Below are positions 19,030-28,492 of a stretch of 44,400 nt of DNA, one piece after another. The stretch is from Methanobacteriota archaeon (GTDB lineage: Archaea; Thermoplasmatota; Thermoplasmata; RBG-16-68-12), in contig VBML01000020.1 of NCBI GenBank assembly GCA_005878915.1, positions 1 through 44,400 on the forward strand, in the 5' to 3' direction. The number at the start of each line of letters is the position of its first letter. The stretch's first letter is position 1. The position numbers were made by a program, and so were the translations under genes. The notes beneath the pieces are model-generated. The model had not been told where the DNA came from, did no database searches, and saw only the letters and a program-made list of their open reading frames with translations.

Positions 19030-19935
19030 CTATGAGTTTTGAACATTGAATGTCAGCACGAGCGCGCCCGTCAACGTCCCGCTCCCATTGCTCGCCGAGG
19101 TCGAGAGGAAGAGCCGGTGCGGCCCGTTCGTCAGGGTCGTCGAGTCGATCGTAATCGTCCAGGTCCCCGCCCGCGCGTTCAGCAGCACCGTGCCGGAACT
19201 CCCGTGATGGAAGTCGGGGTCGATCGTCGCGAAGGCCGTCGAGCGGGTAAAGCGACACGTAATTGTTACGACTCCCGCAACTGGCTTGGAAATGAGCTTG
19301 AATCCGTCATCCGGGCCGCAATAGAGGTTCGCGTACGAAAGGCCTTGATACCAGCCCGCCGCCCCGGGGGAGCGGGATCGGGACTCCTTCCCGCTCGAAC
19401 CGCCGCTCCCGGAGTTGTCAATGACCGCGTGCCAACGGGTCGTTTGGTAGAATCGCTCCCCGAACGTGGCATCACCCGCGCGGATGTTCGCCGTGATCCG
19501 GAACTCACGGTTGCCATTCGGGATTTTCGTCGTATCGACGTCCATGGGCACGATGAATGTGCAGTCGTTCGTCGGGCACTCGAGGGACACGGGCTGGATG
19601 AGCGTGTACACGTTGAACGCCTGAATCCGGACCATCGAGACCTTTCCGGGCTGATTGTGGAGCTTGACGACGACATCGAGATGGAGAATCCCGCTCACCA
19701 CCTGGTGCAGCGGGAAGCACGTTTCCGCGTGAACGTGCCGGCCCTCCGGCGCCTCCCCCGGCAGGTTCTGTCGCCACCAACCCTGGGATCCAAGATACCA
19801 TCGAGGTTCGGGGTATCCGACGCACGTGAAGGGATCCGGCGTATCCGATAGCGAAACGTCTGTCGTCGATCGCGCAAAGGGCGGCATGACCAGTACGAGA
19901 GCTGCGCTGACTGCAAGTAGGAGCAACGTCCTCAC
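19030..19935 (-). CDS. Secreted hypothetical protein with two Ig-like (Big-like) repeats
   Basis: Signal peptide; internal repeats 'DVDTTKIPNG.REFRI' and 'TIDSTTLTNGPHRLFL'; Gly/Ser linker; GGGGAGG SD upstream. Confidence 0.75.
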   Translation of the reverse strand: MRTLLLLAVSAALVLVMPPFARSTTDVSLSDTPDPFTCVGYPEPRWYLGSQGWWRQNLPGEAPEGRHVHAETCFPLHQVVSGILHLDVVVKLHNQPGKVSMVRIQAFNVYTLIQPVSLECPTNDCTFIVPMDVDTTKIPNGNREFRITANIRAGDATFGERFYQTTRWHAVIDNSGSGGSSGKESRSRSPGAAGWYQGLSYANLYCGPDDGFKLISKPVAGVVTITCRFTRSTAFATIDPDFHHGSSGTVLLNARAGTWTITIDSTTLTNGPHRLFLSTSASNGSGTLTGALVLTFNVQNS

Positions 19936-19977
19936 GATAGCAACCTCCCCGCCGCCTGAGCGCCTTCAGGTGTGATA

Positions 19978-19998
19978 AATTCTTGCATGGCAAGAATT
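19978..19998. promoter_or_regulatory. Perfect palindrome, putative operator overlapping the BRE/TATA of the secreted-protein gene
   Basis: AATTCTTGC-ATG-GCAAGAATT; on the minus strand it runs into AATTTATCA ~40 nt before GTG19935. Confidence 0.6.
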
Positions 19999-20166
19999 CT
20001 CAATGTTGAAACTGTTCGTCAAATGGAGGGTTCGGTCGCGCGAAACTCGCTGATGCATAACCGCATCGCGCCCATTCGCGGTAGACGAGGAAAGCGGGAA
20101 TAGGCAACGTTCAACGGCGCCGCTAAATACCGCATGTCCCTTCGCCGCCCGGGGCGCCGCGGAGTG

Positions 20167-21114
20167 GTGAATTACCGGCCGCTTGGGAAGACGGAAATCG
20201 AGGTCTCCGAGATCGGATTCGGCACCTGGACGCTGACGAGCGGGAAGTGGGGCGCGTTCCCGATGGACAAGGCGGTGGAGCTCCTCCGGTACGCGTATTC
20301 CCAGGGGATTGTGTACTTCGACACCTCGGCCGTTCACGCGGGTGGGCTTGGCGAGGTGTTGCTCGAGAAGGCGTTCAAGGACCAGCGGGACCTCGTCGTC
20401 ATCACGACGAAGGTCGGATATACCGGAGAAGGCGGCCGCAAGGATTTCTCACCTGAACATCTGCGGCGGGCCGTGGAGCAGAGCCTCACCCGCCTGGGGT
20501 CGAGCTACATCGATGTCTTGCAGCTCCACCACCCCGACATGGCGGCAGTGACCAACGAGGCGATGTGGCGGGCTCTCGAGGATCTGAAGTCCGAGGGAAA
20601 GATCCGCTATTACGGGCTCGTGTTCGGACCCGGGCCCGCGGGGTTGGAGGAAGGACGGGTGGCGATGCGGAAGCGCGACATCGGGTGCATCCAAGTCTAC
20701 TACAACATCCTCGAGCAAGAGCCGTCCCGCAAGTTCTTCCCGGTCGCTCTCGAGATTAACCAAGGGATGGTGATCCGCGGGTCCCACGCAGGCGGAGTCC
20801 TCGAAACGAACGCTGCGGCGGCCGCGAGCCTCCCGGAGGACGAGGACCTCCGCGTGAAGGGGCCGGAATTCGTCGCCCGCGGGATGAAACAGGCCGAGGG
20901 CCTCCGGTGGATCTACGAGGGCCGTGGGATGACGCTGGCCCAAGCCGCTCTGAAGTTCATCCTGTCGGAGGAAACCGTCTCCTCCGTTCTCCCGAATATC
21001 TACCGTGCGGAGCAGATCGACGAGTACGGGGCCGTCTCCGACTTTGACGCGTACTCCCAGGTCGACCTCGGGGAGATCGCGGAACAGTTCCGGAAGGGGT
21101 TCGGGGTGGCGTGA
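20167..21114 (+). CDS. Aldo/keto reductase
   Basis: 'YRPLGKTEIEVSEIGFGTW', 'FDTS', 'ITTKVG', 'SLTRLGSSYIDVLQLH'. Confidence 0.93.
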   Translation: MNYRPLGKTEIEVSEIGFGTWTLTSGKWGAFPMDKAVELLRYAYSQGIVYFDTSAVHAGGLGEVLLEKAFKDQRDLVVITTKVGYTGEGGRKDFSPEHLRRAVEQSLTRLGSSYIDVLQLHHPDMAAVTNEAMWRALEDLKSEGKIRYYGLVFGPGPAGLEEGRVAMRKRDIGCIQVYYNILEQEPSRKFFPVALEINQGMVIRGSHAGGVLETNAAAAASLPEDEDLRVKGPEFVARGMKQAEGLRWIYEGRGMTLAQAALKFILSEETVSSVLPNIYRAEQIDEYGAVSDFDAYSQVDLGEIAEQFRKGFGVA

Positions 21115-21118
21115 ACGG

Positions 21119-21625
21119 ATGCTCCTGGGCTTCGTCGATGGGCGGGGCCGTGCGTACGATGTGAGCTTCCGGACCCTGCGGCTTTCCCTGACCGATGAGG
21201 ACGGAGTTATCGCCACGGAACCTCCGGAGAAGGTCACCGTCCAAGGGTCGGCGACGGTCTCGGTCGACCTCATCGATTCGAAGCGGATCGCCTTCCTCCA
21301 TGCGCTGAACGGGGAGCTGACCGCGACGGGGACCCGCATCATCTTCCTTGCGACAGCGGGCCTCGCCAGGAAGGCCCCGTTTACATTCTTCAACGTCTCC
21401 CTCAGCCTGCAACTGACGGCGATCGAGCACTTCTTCACCGCCCAGGGCGGCCGGGAGTTCCTGCAGTTCCGAAAGGAAGACATCGAGTCATCCACAGGCG
21501 AGCGCGCGGCACTGGACATTGTCATTCGCGGGCCGCGGCCAGGGAAGATCAACGAAGCCTCCCGCTATCGCGTACGGGTCGAACCCCGAGCGCTTGGGGA
21601 ACGTGCGCTGAACGCGCTTGCATGA
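21119..21625 (+). CDS. Hypothetical protein, possible PH-like domain
   Basis: ATG 4 nt after the AKR stop; 'GELTATGTRIIFL' resembles PH/GRAM-like strands. Confidence 0.65.
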   Translation: MLLGFVDGRGRAYDVSFRTLRLSLTDEDGVIATEPPEKVTVQGSATVSVDLIDSKRIAFLHALNGELTATGTRIIFLATAGLARKAPFTFFNVSLSLQLTAIEHFFTAQGGREFLQFRKEDIESSTGERAALDIVIRGPRPGKINEASRYRVRVEPRALGERALNALA

Positions 21626-21679
21626 TGTCGTACGCAGGCAGACGAAAGGGTTATGAGAGCGGCGACCTAGTGGCGCCCG

Positions 21680-21820
21680 ATGTCGTACGACCTTGGAGTC
21701 CTGAACCTCTCGGGCGAGAAGAAAAAAAAGAAGATGAACCGGATGTGGATGTACGTCGGCGGCGCGGTCGTCGCGGTCGTCGTGATCGTGGCCGCAGTCT
21801 GGGTCTTCTTCCGCCGATAG
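21680..21820 (+). CDS. 46-aa single-TM micro-protein (not in the ORF track)
   Basis: MSYDLGVLNLSGEKKKKKMNRMWMYVGGAVVAVVVIVAAVWVFFRR*; GAAAGGGTTATGA promoter-like box ~25-35 nt upstream. Confidence 0.7.
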   Translation: MSYDLGVLNLSGEKKKKKMNRMWMYVGGAVVAVVVIVAAVWVFFRR

Positions 21821-21969
21821 GCCTTCCCGTCGGATAGTAGCAGCGCGGTGGTGCCGCGCCGCGGAACCCGGGCACGGCGAAAGCTCCCGTGGTCCCCTCG
21901 CTAATAATCACGTTGGATATCGGACTCGAAAGCACTTTCCCCCCAGACCACTAAAGGTCACACAGCTCC

Positions 21970-22233
21970 ATGGCGACGGTCGACCTCGACGAGACCGCGA
22001 AGGGCATCCTCAAGGCAACTCTGGCCTCGCCGAAGACGGCGGGCGAGCTCACTCGGATCTTTGGATTGCCCGGGGCCGTGGTCGTGGACTACCTGGGGCT
22101 GTTGGAGCAGCTCGGCCTCTTGCGGGTCGTGCTCTCGTATTTCGGCCGGGACGGCCGCATGGTCCGATACTACCAGGCGGATCTCCCGATTGACATGTCC
22201 GACGTCGCGTCGAGCGAGGCCGCTGGGCGGTGA
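21970..22233 (+). CDS. Small winged-helix protein
   Basis: 'ILKATLASPKTAGEL...GLP...V..YL..LEQLGLL...GR..RYY'; resembles 32346-32711. Confidence 0.75.
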   Translation: MATVDLDETAKGILKATLASPKTAGELTRIFGLPGAVVVDYLGLLEQLGLLRVVLSYFGRDGRMVRYYQADLPIDMSDVASSEAAGR

Positions 22234-22277
22234 TGCCTCCTCGGGGCGACAGTTCTGCTCCTGAAAACCATATCGTC

Positions 22278-22289
22278 AACCCTTAAATA
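22278..22289 (+). promoter_or_regulatory. TATA box of psmB
   Basis: AACCCTTAAATA upstream of psmB; GAGGGAG SD before ATG22345. Confidence 0.6.
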
Positions 22290-22344
22290 CGAGCAGCCAT
22301 TTTCACCGCTCGCCATTTTTGGCGCTTTTCGAGGGAGTATTCGC

Positions 22345-22986
22345 ATGCCTGACAGTTACAAAGAAGTCGAGACGGGCACGACGACAGTGGGGATCGTCGC
22401 CAAGGAAGGGGTCGTCCTCGCAGCGGACCGCCGGGCAACCGCGGGCACGATGATTGCGCACAAGCGGACGCGGAAGGTCTACCGCCTCGATGCGAACCTG
22501 GGGCTGACGACCGCAGGCCTCGTCGGCGACCTCCAACAGATCGCGCGATACGTGACCGCCGAGGTGGAACTGTACAAGCTGAAGCGCAATACGCCAATGC
22601 CCGTGGAGTCGTGCGCCACGCTTACGGCGAACATCCTCGCGGGGCGGCGCTACTTCCCATACTGGGTCCAGCTCGTGATTGGCGGGGTGGATCGGAAGGG
22701 AGGGTCCGTGTATTCCCTCGACCTCGCGGGCGGATCGCTTCCCGACAAGTTCGTCTCCACGGGCTCTGGAAGCCCGTACGTGTACGGCGTCCTGGAGGAC
22801 CACTACCGCGACGATATCCAGATCGGCCCGGCCACGGACCTCGCGATCCGCGGGGTTCACACCGCGATGAAGCGGGACTCCGCGACGGGCGAGGGGATCG
22901 ATGTCGCCGTGATCACAAAGGACGGATACGCCGAGCTCTCTGATCCTGAAGTCGAGAAGCGAAAGGCGGCGATGAAGCTCACGTGA
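22345..22986 (+). CDS. psmB: Proteasome subunit beta
   Basis: Short propeptide then 'TG|TTTVG', 'AADRRAT.G', 'AGLVGD', 'TGSGS', 'RDSATG'. Confidence 0.97.
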   Translation: MPDSYKEVETGTTTVGIVAKEGVVLAADRRATAGTMIAHKRTRKVYRLDANLGLTTAGLVGDLQQIARYVTAEVELYKLKRNTPMPVESCATLTANILAGRRYFPYWVQLVIGGVDRKGGSVYSLDLAGGSLPDKFVSTGSGSPYVYGVLEDHYRDDIQIGPATDLAIRGVHTAMKRDSATGEGIDVAVITKDGYAELSDPEVEKRKAAMKLT

Positions 22987-23054
22987 CGCGCTGACGGCGC
23001 GAACACCTAACCACGACCTGGCCCCGGTGGGGCGCAGAGCCGAGTGAATCGAAG

Positions 23055-24962
23055 ATGAGCATCGAAGACATTCTCGCCGAAGCGAAAGCCGTTGTGAAGA
23101 AGGTCGTCCCCGACCACGTGGAGATCACGCAGATCGATTTCGAAGGTCCCGTGATCGTGATCTACACGAAGAACATGGAGGCGTTCGCCGAGAGCAATGA
23201 TATTGTCCGCCAGCTCGCGCAGAACCTCCGTCGGCGGATTCAGGTCCGACCCGACCCGTCTGTCCTCATGAAGCCCGAGGATGCCGACCTCGTCATTCGG
23301 GAGCTGATTCCGAAGGAAGCCCAGATTACGAATATCTTCTTCGAGGAGGAGACCGGAGAGGTCCAGATTGAGGCCCTGTCCCCCGGACTCGTCATCGGCA
23401 AACACGGGTCGCTGTTGAACGAGGTCAAGAGGAAAATCGGGTGGGCGCCGAAGGTCGTTCGGACCCCCCCGATTCCCTCGAAGACGGTTGAGGACATCCG
23501 CGCCTACCTCCGCACGATCCAGGATGAGCGCCAGCAGTTCCTGAAGCAGATCGGCCGGAGGCTCGCTCGGGAAATCCCCCCCGGGGAAAACTACGTCCGG
23601 ATCACGTCGCTCGGCGGGTATCGCCAGGTCGGACGGTCCGCGACCCTCCTGAACACCAGGGAATCGAAGATCCTGATCGACTGCGGGGTCCTCATCTCCG
23701 AAGACAACGGATCCCCATACCTGAACGCGCCCGAGGTGACCCCCCTCAGCTCGATTGACGCGGTCGTGATCACGCACGCGCACCTGGATCACTGCGGCCT
23801 TGTCCCCGCCCTATACAAATATGGCTACGACGGGCCGGTGTACGCCACGCCCCCGACTCGAGACATGATGTCCCTCCTCCAGCTCGATTTCATCAAGGTC
23901 GCAATGGGCGAGGCCCGCAAGTCGCCGTACGAGTCGAGCAACATCCGCCAAGAGGTCGCGAAAACGATCCCCCTGAAGTACGGCGAGACGACGGACATCG
24001 CTCCGGATGTGCGCCTGACATTTCAGAACGCGGGTCATATCATTGGATCGGCGACGGCCCACTTCCACATCGGGGACGGGCTGTACAATGTCGCGATGAG
24101 CGGGGACATCAAGTTCGAGAAGACGTGGCTCTTCAACCCCGCGGTGAACAAGTTCCCGCGCCTGGAGACCCTCGTCCTCGAGTCCACGTATGGGGGGTTC
24201 CACGACATCCAACCCTCCCGGCACGAGGCCGCGGCGCAGTTCAAGAACATCATCGGGCGCGTGCTGAGCCGGGGCGGCAAGGTCCTCGTCCCCGTGTTCG
24301 CTGTGGGCCGGTCCCAAGAGGTCATGCTCGTCCTGGAGGAGGCGATGCGGACCGGTCAGATCCCCCAGGCCCCCGTGTACCTGGACGGGATGATCTGGGA
24401 GGCGACCGCGATTCACACCGCGTATCCGGAGTACCTGAACTCGCAGCTCCGTACGCAGATCTTCCAGACCGGCGAGAATCCGTTCCTCTCGCCGATGTTC
24501 AAGCGGGTCGAGACCTCCGACATGAGGGCGAACATCATCGACGACGTGGAGCCGTGCATCGTCCTCGCGACGAGCGGGATGATGAGCGGCGGGCCCGTCC
24601 TAGAGTACTTCAAGGGCTGGGGGGACAACCCGCTCCATGCCCTCCTCTTCGTCGGTTTCCAGTCTGAGGGGTCCCTGGGCCGTCGGATCCAACGGGAGGC
24701 CCGCGAGATCACGCTGAACGATCGCGGGAATCCCCTGACCCTCCAGATCAAGATGGACGTGGAGACGATCGACGGATTCTCGGGCCATTCGGATCGCCTC
24801 CAACTCCTGAACTACGTGGGTACAATGGAGCCGCGGCCCGAGCGGGTCATCGTGAACCACGGCGAGGAATACAAGTGCTCGGACCTCGCCTCGAGCCTGT
24901 ACAAGAAATTCGGTGTCGAAACGCGGGCTCCGATGAACCTGGAGACGATCCGGCTGAAGTAG
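23055..24962 (+). CDS. fttA: beta-CASP ribonuclease aCPSF1 / transcription termination factor FttA
   Basis: N-terminal KH domains, 'THAHLDH', 'AGHIIGS', 'GDIK', 'ESTYGG', 'GFSGHSD', 'NHGE'; conserved adjacency to psmB. Confidence 0.96.
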   Translation: MSIEDILAEAKAVVKKVVPDHVEITQIDFEGPVIVIYTKNMEAFAESNDIVRQLAQNLRRRIQVRPDPSVLMKPEDADLVIRELIPKEAQITNIFFEEETGEVQIEALSPGLVIGKHGSLLNEVKRKIGWAPKVVRTPPIPSKTVEDIRAYLRTIQDERQQFLKQIGRRLAREIPPGENYVRITSLGGYRQVGRSATLLNTRESKILIDCGVLISEDNGSPYLNAPEVTPLSSIDAVVITHAHLDHCGLVPALYKYGYDGPVYATPPTRDMMSLLQLDFIKVAMGEARKSPYESSNIRQEVAKTIPLKYGETTDIAPDVRLTFQNAGHIIGSATAHFHIGDGLYNVAMSGDIKFEKTWLFNPAVNKFPRLETLVLESTYGGFHDIQPSRHEAAAQFKNIIGRVLSRGGKVLVPVFAVGRSQEVMLVLEEAMRTGQIPQAPVYLDGMIWEATAIHTAYPEYLNSQLRTQIFQTGENPFLSPMFKRVETSDMRANIIDDVEPCIVLATSGMMSGGPVLEYFKGWGDNPLHALLFVGFQSEGSLGRRIQREAREITLNDRGNPLTLQIKMDVETIDGFSGHSDRLQLLNYVGTMEPRPERVIVNHGEEYKCSDLASSLYKKFGVETRAPMNLETIRLK

Positions 24963-24982
24963 GGGCGGCGCGACGGGCGCCG

Positions 24983-25462
24983 TCAACTACCGCCCAGCTG
25001 GGGTTCGGTAGCTGCCTGACGCTGAATCGCGAGGGCGAGCCCCAGAATCCCGAGATCGAGAGCGAACCCCGCCGCGCAGAGGAGACAGACCGCCTGGATT
25101 ACGAAGACCTCAATCAGGCTCAGCCCGAGGCCGATCACCGCTCCGATGCCTGCCAGAACGGCAAGCCCACGATTGAGATCCATGCGCCCGATGCGGCTCC
25201 TTCCCAGGAACAGGGAGGTCGAGACCGCGAGGATGAGGCCGAAGCCGATGACGCCAATGAGGGCCGTCGGCACACCCCCAACCGCGGAAAATGGGCTCTC
25301 CCGCACGCGGGAACAGCTGAAGTACGAACCCACGTCACAGAACGACGCCCCCGCCGCGGCATACCACTCCCCGGTGAGATAGGCGGCGTCCACGGTACCG
25401 GCAGTCGCGAGCAGTGCAACCAGGACAAGGAGGTCTCCCCTCGACAAGCCGCGGAATCCCAT
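24983..25462 (-). CDS. Vitamin K epoxide reductase (VKOR) family protein
   Basis: Loop cysteines 'FCDVGSYFSC..V..S.FS..GGVP', C-terminal CxxC 'IQAVCLLC', four TMs. Confidence 0.92.
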   Translation of the reverse strand: MGFRGLSRGDLLVLVALLATAGTVDAAYLTGEWYAAAGASFCDVGSYFSCSRVRESPFSAVGGVPTALIGVIGFGLILAVSTSLFLGRSRIGRMDLNRGLAVLAGIGAVIGLGLSLIEVFVIQAVCLLCAAGFALDLGILGLALAIQRQAATEPQLGGS

Positions 25463-25463
25463 G

Positions 25464-26156
25464 TCATCCCCGCAGGGCTTGTTCGAGGGCCGAGCTCAAG
25501 GTCCCGAAACTCGTCTCCCCGGTGTACACCTGGACGATGACTCCGCTGGCGTTGAGGATGTATATTGTGGGCGTCGCGGTGATCGCGTACAACGAGACGA
25601 GGTCTGCATCGACCAAGGCGTACGTCCAGTTGGTCCTGTAATTTCGGGCGAAGGCGTCGATCTTTCCGACGCTATCGTCAGGCTGGATGAAATTCACGTC
25701 GAGGCTGAGGAAGTTCACGGTGGTGGAGTACGACGAGTGGAGGCTCACCAGGACCGGCGCCTCGTTCACGCAGTGAGGGCAGTCCACATCCATGAACTCA
25801 AGCAGAACGGGCTTGCCGCGCAGTCCCTGTAGGCTCACACCGCTCCCGTCCGTCGCGACGACGGAGAAGTCGGGTGCGACCTGGCCGGGTCGAAGCCCCG
25901 CGCGGAAGGGGTTGACGATGATCACCGCGAGGACGACGACGAGAAGGATGGCCGCGATGCCTATGACCAGCTTTCCACGCTTGGTCAGGGAAGGTCGCGC
26001 GGCGGTCCGGGTCACGGCAGCCTCATCGACCAACTCCCGCTCGGTCTCCGTGAGCAGCTCGCTCGCGTCGATCTCCGCCCTGGGGTGCTGGTTTCTCACG
26101 TGCTTCTCGAGGTTCTCGACCTTGACGGAGACGCCGCACACCGGGCACTTCTTCAT
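25464..26156 (-). CDS. C2H2 zinc finger-TM-TlpA/ResA-like thioredoxin fusion
   Basis: 'CPVCGVSVKVENLEKHVRNQH', TM helix, 'APDFS', 'LRGKPVLLEF..VDCPHC..EAP.L', 'ATPT'. Confidence 0.9.
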   Translation of the reverse strand: MKKCPVCGVSVKVENLEKHVRNQHPRAEIDASELLTETERELVDEAAVTRTAARPSLTKRGKLVIGIAAILLVVVLAVIIVNPFRAGLRPGQVAPDFSVVATDGSGVSLQGLRGKPVLLEFMDVDCPHCVNEAPVLVSLHSSYSTTVNFLSLDVNFIQPDDSVGKIDAFARNYRTNWTYALVDADLVSLYAITATPTIYILNASGVIVQVYTGETSFGTLSSALEQALRG

Positions 26157-26287
26157 TGCCACGCTGACCAAAAACGAGCCTGGACTTCGATAAACCTTCC
26201 GATGCCTCATCTCGTCGTCGGCACTCCTGCCAACCGGAGGCACGCAAGCGCGAATGCTTTACGGAGTGGCTGGTCCTTCCTTCGTCA

Positions 26288-26746
26288 ATGGTCTCCCGCC
26301 ATTATCGTCGCGTGCAGGATCGGATGTCCTCCGACGCGTTCGAGGCGAAAGTACAGTCGAAGATCGCTGAGTGGGGCGGCCTTCTCGACTCCGAGGCGGC
26401 GTCGCTCCTCGTTCTCGAGGCAATGGGGATGGACGTGGCGGATTGGACCCCGATCGCGAACTTGGAGGGGAACGCGGAGGTCTCGATTCGCGGCGAGGTC
26501 GTCGCCCTCACGCCGGTGCGGGAGTTTTCGCGCCAGGACGGTTCAAAGGGCCGTGTCGTGAATGCGACGATCAAGGATGGGACCGGTGCATGTCGGGTCG
26601 TGCTATGGGACGATGACGTCGGCCTCGTGACAGGAGGACGCCTCAAGATCGGGGGATTCCTCCGCTGCCTGGACTGCTTCGTCCGCCGGACGAACTTCGG
26701 GCTGGAGGTCGGCCGAGGTAAGTTTGGCGCACTGCTACCCGAGTGA
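26288..26746 (+). CDS. RPA/SSB-like OB-fold protein with N-terminal helical domain
   Basis: 'WGGLLDSEAASLLV' then OB fold 'VREFSRQDGSKGRV.N..IKDGTG..RVVLWDD'. Confidence 0.85.
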   Translation: MVSRHYRRVQDRMSSDAFEAKVQSKIAEWGGLLDSEAASLLVLEAMGMDVADWTPIANLEGNAEVSIRGEVVALTPVREFSRQDGSKGRVVNATIKDGTGACRVVLWDDDVGLVTGGRLKIGGFLRCLDCFVRRTNFGLEVGRGKFGALLPE

Positions 26747-26753
26747 TTGGTGC

Positions 26754-28418
26754 CTACATCCCCATGCCAGGGGGCATGCCGCCCATCCCGCCCATGCCAC
26801 CGCCGTGCTCGTGGCCTCCGCCTCCGCCCTCGCCACCGCTCATCTTCTTCGCGGCGATGACATCGTCGATTCGAAGGATCATGTTCGCGACCTCCGAGGC
26901 GGACTCGATCGCCTGCCGCTTCACCCGGAGCGGCTCGATGACCTTCGTCTCGATCATGTCGGCGGGTCCCGCCTTGTTCAGGTCGACGCCGAAGTTCTTC
27001 CCCCTCTTTCCCTCGTGCTTCGTCCGCAGGGCGATGAGGAGGTCGATTGCGTCAAGGCCCGCATTCTCGGCGAGGGTCCACGGGACGATTTCGAGCGCCT
27101 CCGAGAAGGCCTCGATTGCGAGTTGCTCCCGGCCGCCAACGGTGGGCGCGAAGTCCTTCAACCGGAGGGAGAGCTCGATGTCTGCGGCGCCCCCGCCAGG
27201 GAGGGCCTTGCCGTCCTCGATGGCGACCCCGACAACCCGGAGGGCGTCGTGCATGACCCGTTCGACCTCGTCGACGACATGCTCCGTGCCGCCGCGGATC
27301 AGGATCGACACCGCCTTGGCGTTCTTGCAGCCCGTGATGAACGTCATCTCGTCCTCGCCGATCTTCCGCTCCTCGACGAGGTCCGCGTGGCCGAGGTCCT
27401 TCGTGCTGAGGTCGTTGAGATCGACCACGATTTTCCCGCCCGTTGCCTTTGCGAGCTTCTTCATGTCGCTCTCCTTCGCCCGCCGGACCGCGTAGATCTC
27501 CGCCTTCGCCAGATAATGCTGGACGAGGTCGTCGATTCCCTTCTGGCACACGACGACGTTGGCGCCCGCCTTCTTGATCGCGTCGACGTAGCCCTTCAGC
27601 GTGGACTCCTCTTGGGAGAGGAACGCCTGCATCTTCCCGGCTTCGTGGATCCGGATCTCGGAGGAGAACTCTGTCTTCTTGATTTCCAGTGCTCGATTCA
27701 ACAGGGCGATCTTCGCGTCGCGGATGAAGGCAGGCATCCGCGGATGGACCCGCTCCTTGTCCAGGATGATGCCATCGACGAGCTGTGTGTCGGTGAGAGA
27801 CCCACCGTGCTTCTTCACGACGAGCACATTGTCGACGTCCGCGACGAGCTTCCCCGCAATCTCCTCGACGATGGCCTTCACCGCGTTGACGGCGATGCCC
27901 GCAAGGAAATCACGGGAGGATCCGACGCTCCGACCGCTCATTGCGGTCGACGCGATGTCTTTGAGGAGCTGCGTGTCCGTGGCCTTCACGGGGAACGCAA
28001 GCTCTTCGAGGAGTTCGATTGCTTTCGCCGCGGCGATCTTGTACCCGTTCACGATGATCGTCGGGTGGACGTTCTGCTCGACGAGGGTCTCCGCCTTCTT
28101 CAGGAGCTCGCCCGCCACGATGACCGCGGTCGTCGTCCCGTCCCCGACCTCATCGTCTTGCGTCTTCGCAACTTCGACAATCATCTTCGCGGCGGGGTGC
28201 TCGACCTCGATCTCCTTGAGGATCGTCACGCCGTCGTTCGTAATCGTCACGTCGCCCATCGAGTCGACGAGCATCTTGTCCATGCCCTTCGGACCCAGTG
28301 TGGAGCGGACCGCATCCGCAACGGCCCGGGCCGCCGCGATGTTGTTCGACTGCGCCCCTTTCCCCTTCGACCGCTCCGTGCCCTCTTTGAGGATGATGAT
28401 TGGCTGGCCCTGCATCAT
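26754..28418 (-). CDS. ths: Thermosome subunit (group II chaperonin)
   Basis: '[13 protein letters not shown]', 'ITNDGVTIL', 'GDGTTT', 'MILRIDDVI', GGM-rich tail. Confidence 0.98.
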   Translation of the reverse strand: MMQGQPIIILKEGTERSKGKGAQSNNIAAARAVADAVRSTLGPKGMDKMLVDSMGDVTITNDGVTILKEIEVEHPAAKMIVEVAKTQDDEVGDGTTTAVIVAGELLKKAETLVEQNVHPTIIVNGYKIAAAKAIELLEELAFPVKATDTQLLKDIASTAMSGRSVGSSRDFLAGIAVNAVKAIVEEIAGKLVADVDNVLVVKKHGGSLTDTQLVDGIILDKERVHPRMPAFIRDAKIALLNRALEIKKTEFSSEIRIHEAGKMQAFLSQEESTLKGYVDAIKKAGANVVVCQKGIDDLVQHYLAKAEIYAVRRAKESDMKKLAKATGGKIVVDLNDLSTKDLGHADLVEERKIGEDEMTFITGCKNAKAVSILIRGGTEHVVDEVERVMHDALRVVGVAIEDGKALPGGGAADIELSLRLKDFAPTVGGREQLAIEAFSEALEIVPWTLAENAGLDAIDLLIALRTKHEGKRGKNFGVDLNKAGPADMIETKVIEPLRVKRQAIESASEVANMILRIDDVIAAKKMSGGEGGGGGHEHGGGMGGMGGMPPGMGM

Positions 28419-28448
28419 AAGAATCCGGCGGTTCTAAGTGAGGACTTC

Positions 28449-28458
28449 TATATAAGCG
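28449..28458 (-). promoter_or_regulatory. TATA box of the thermosome gene
   Basis: Minus-strand CGCTTATATA ~30-40 nt upstream of ATG28418; no SD, consistent with a leaderless or short-leader mRNA. Confidence 0.6.
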
Positions 28459-28492
28459 TTACCTTGCCCGATTCTGATTCATCGCGCGTGGG

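Noticed and set aside
21722..21729. A8 tract as a phase-variation or slippage site
   Set aside because: Fully explained by consecutive Lys codons in the 46-aa ORF
21840..21900. GC-rich hairpins including a GAAA loop, as a riboswitch or tRNA
   Set aside because: No cloverleaf or recognisable riboswitch consensus; short stems are expected by chance at this GC level
22345..24962. psmB-aCPSF1 adjacency as a novel system
   Set aside because: Well-known conserved archaeal gene order
26754..26840. Low-complexity repeat at the thermosome 3' end
   Set aside because: Ordinary GGM-rich chaperonin tail
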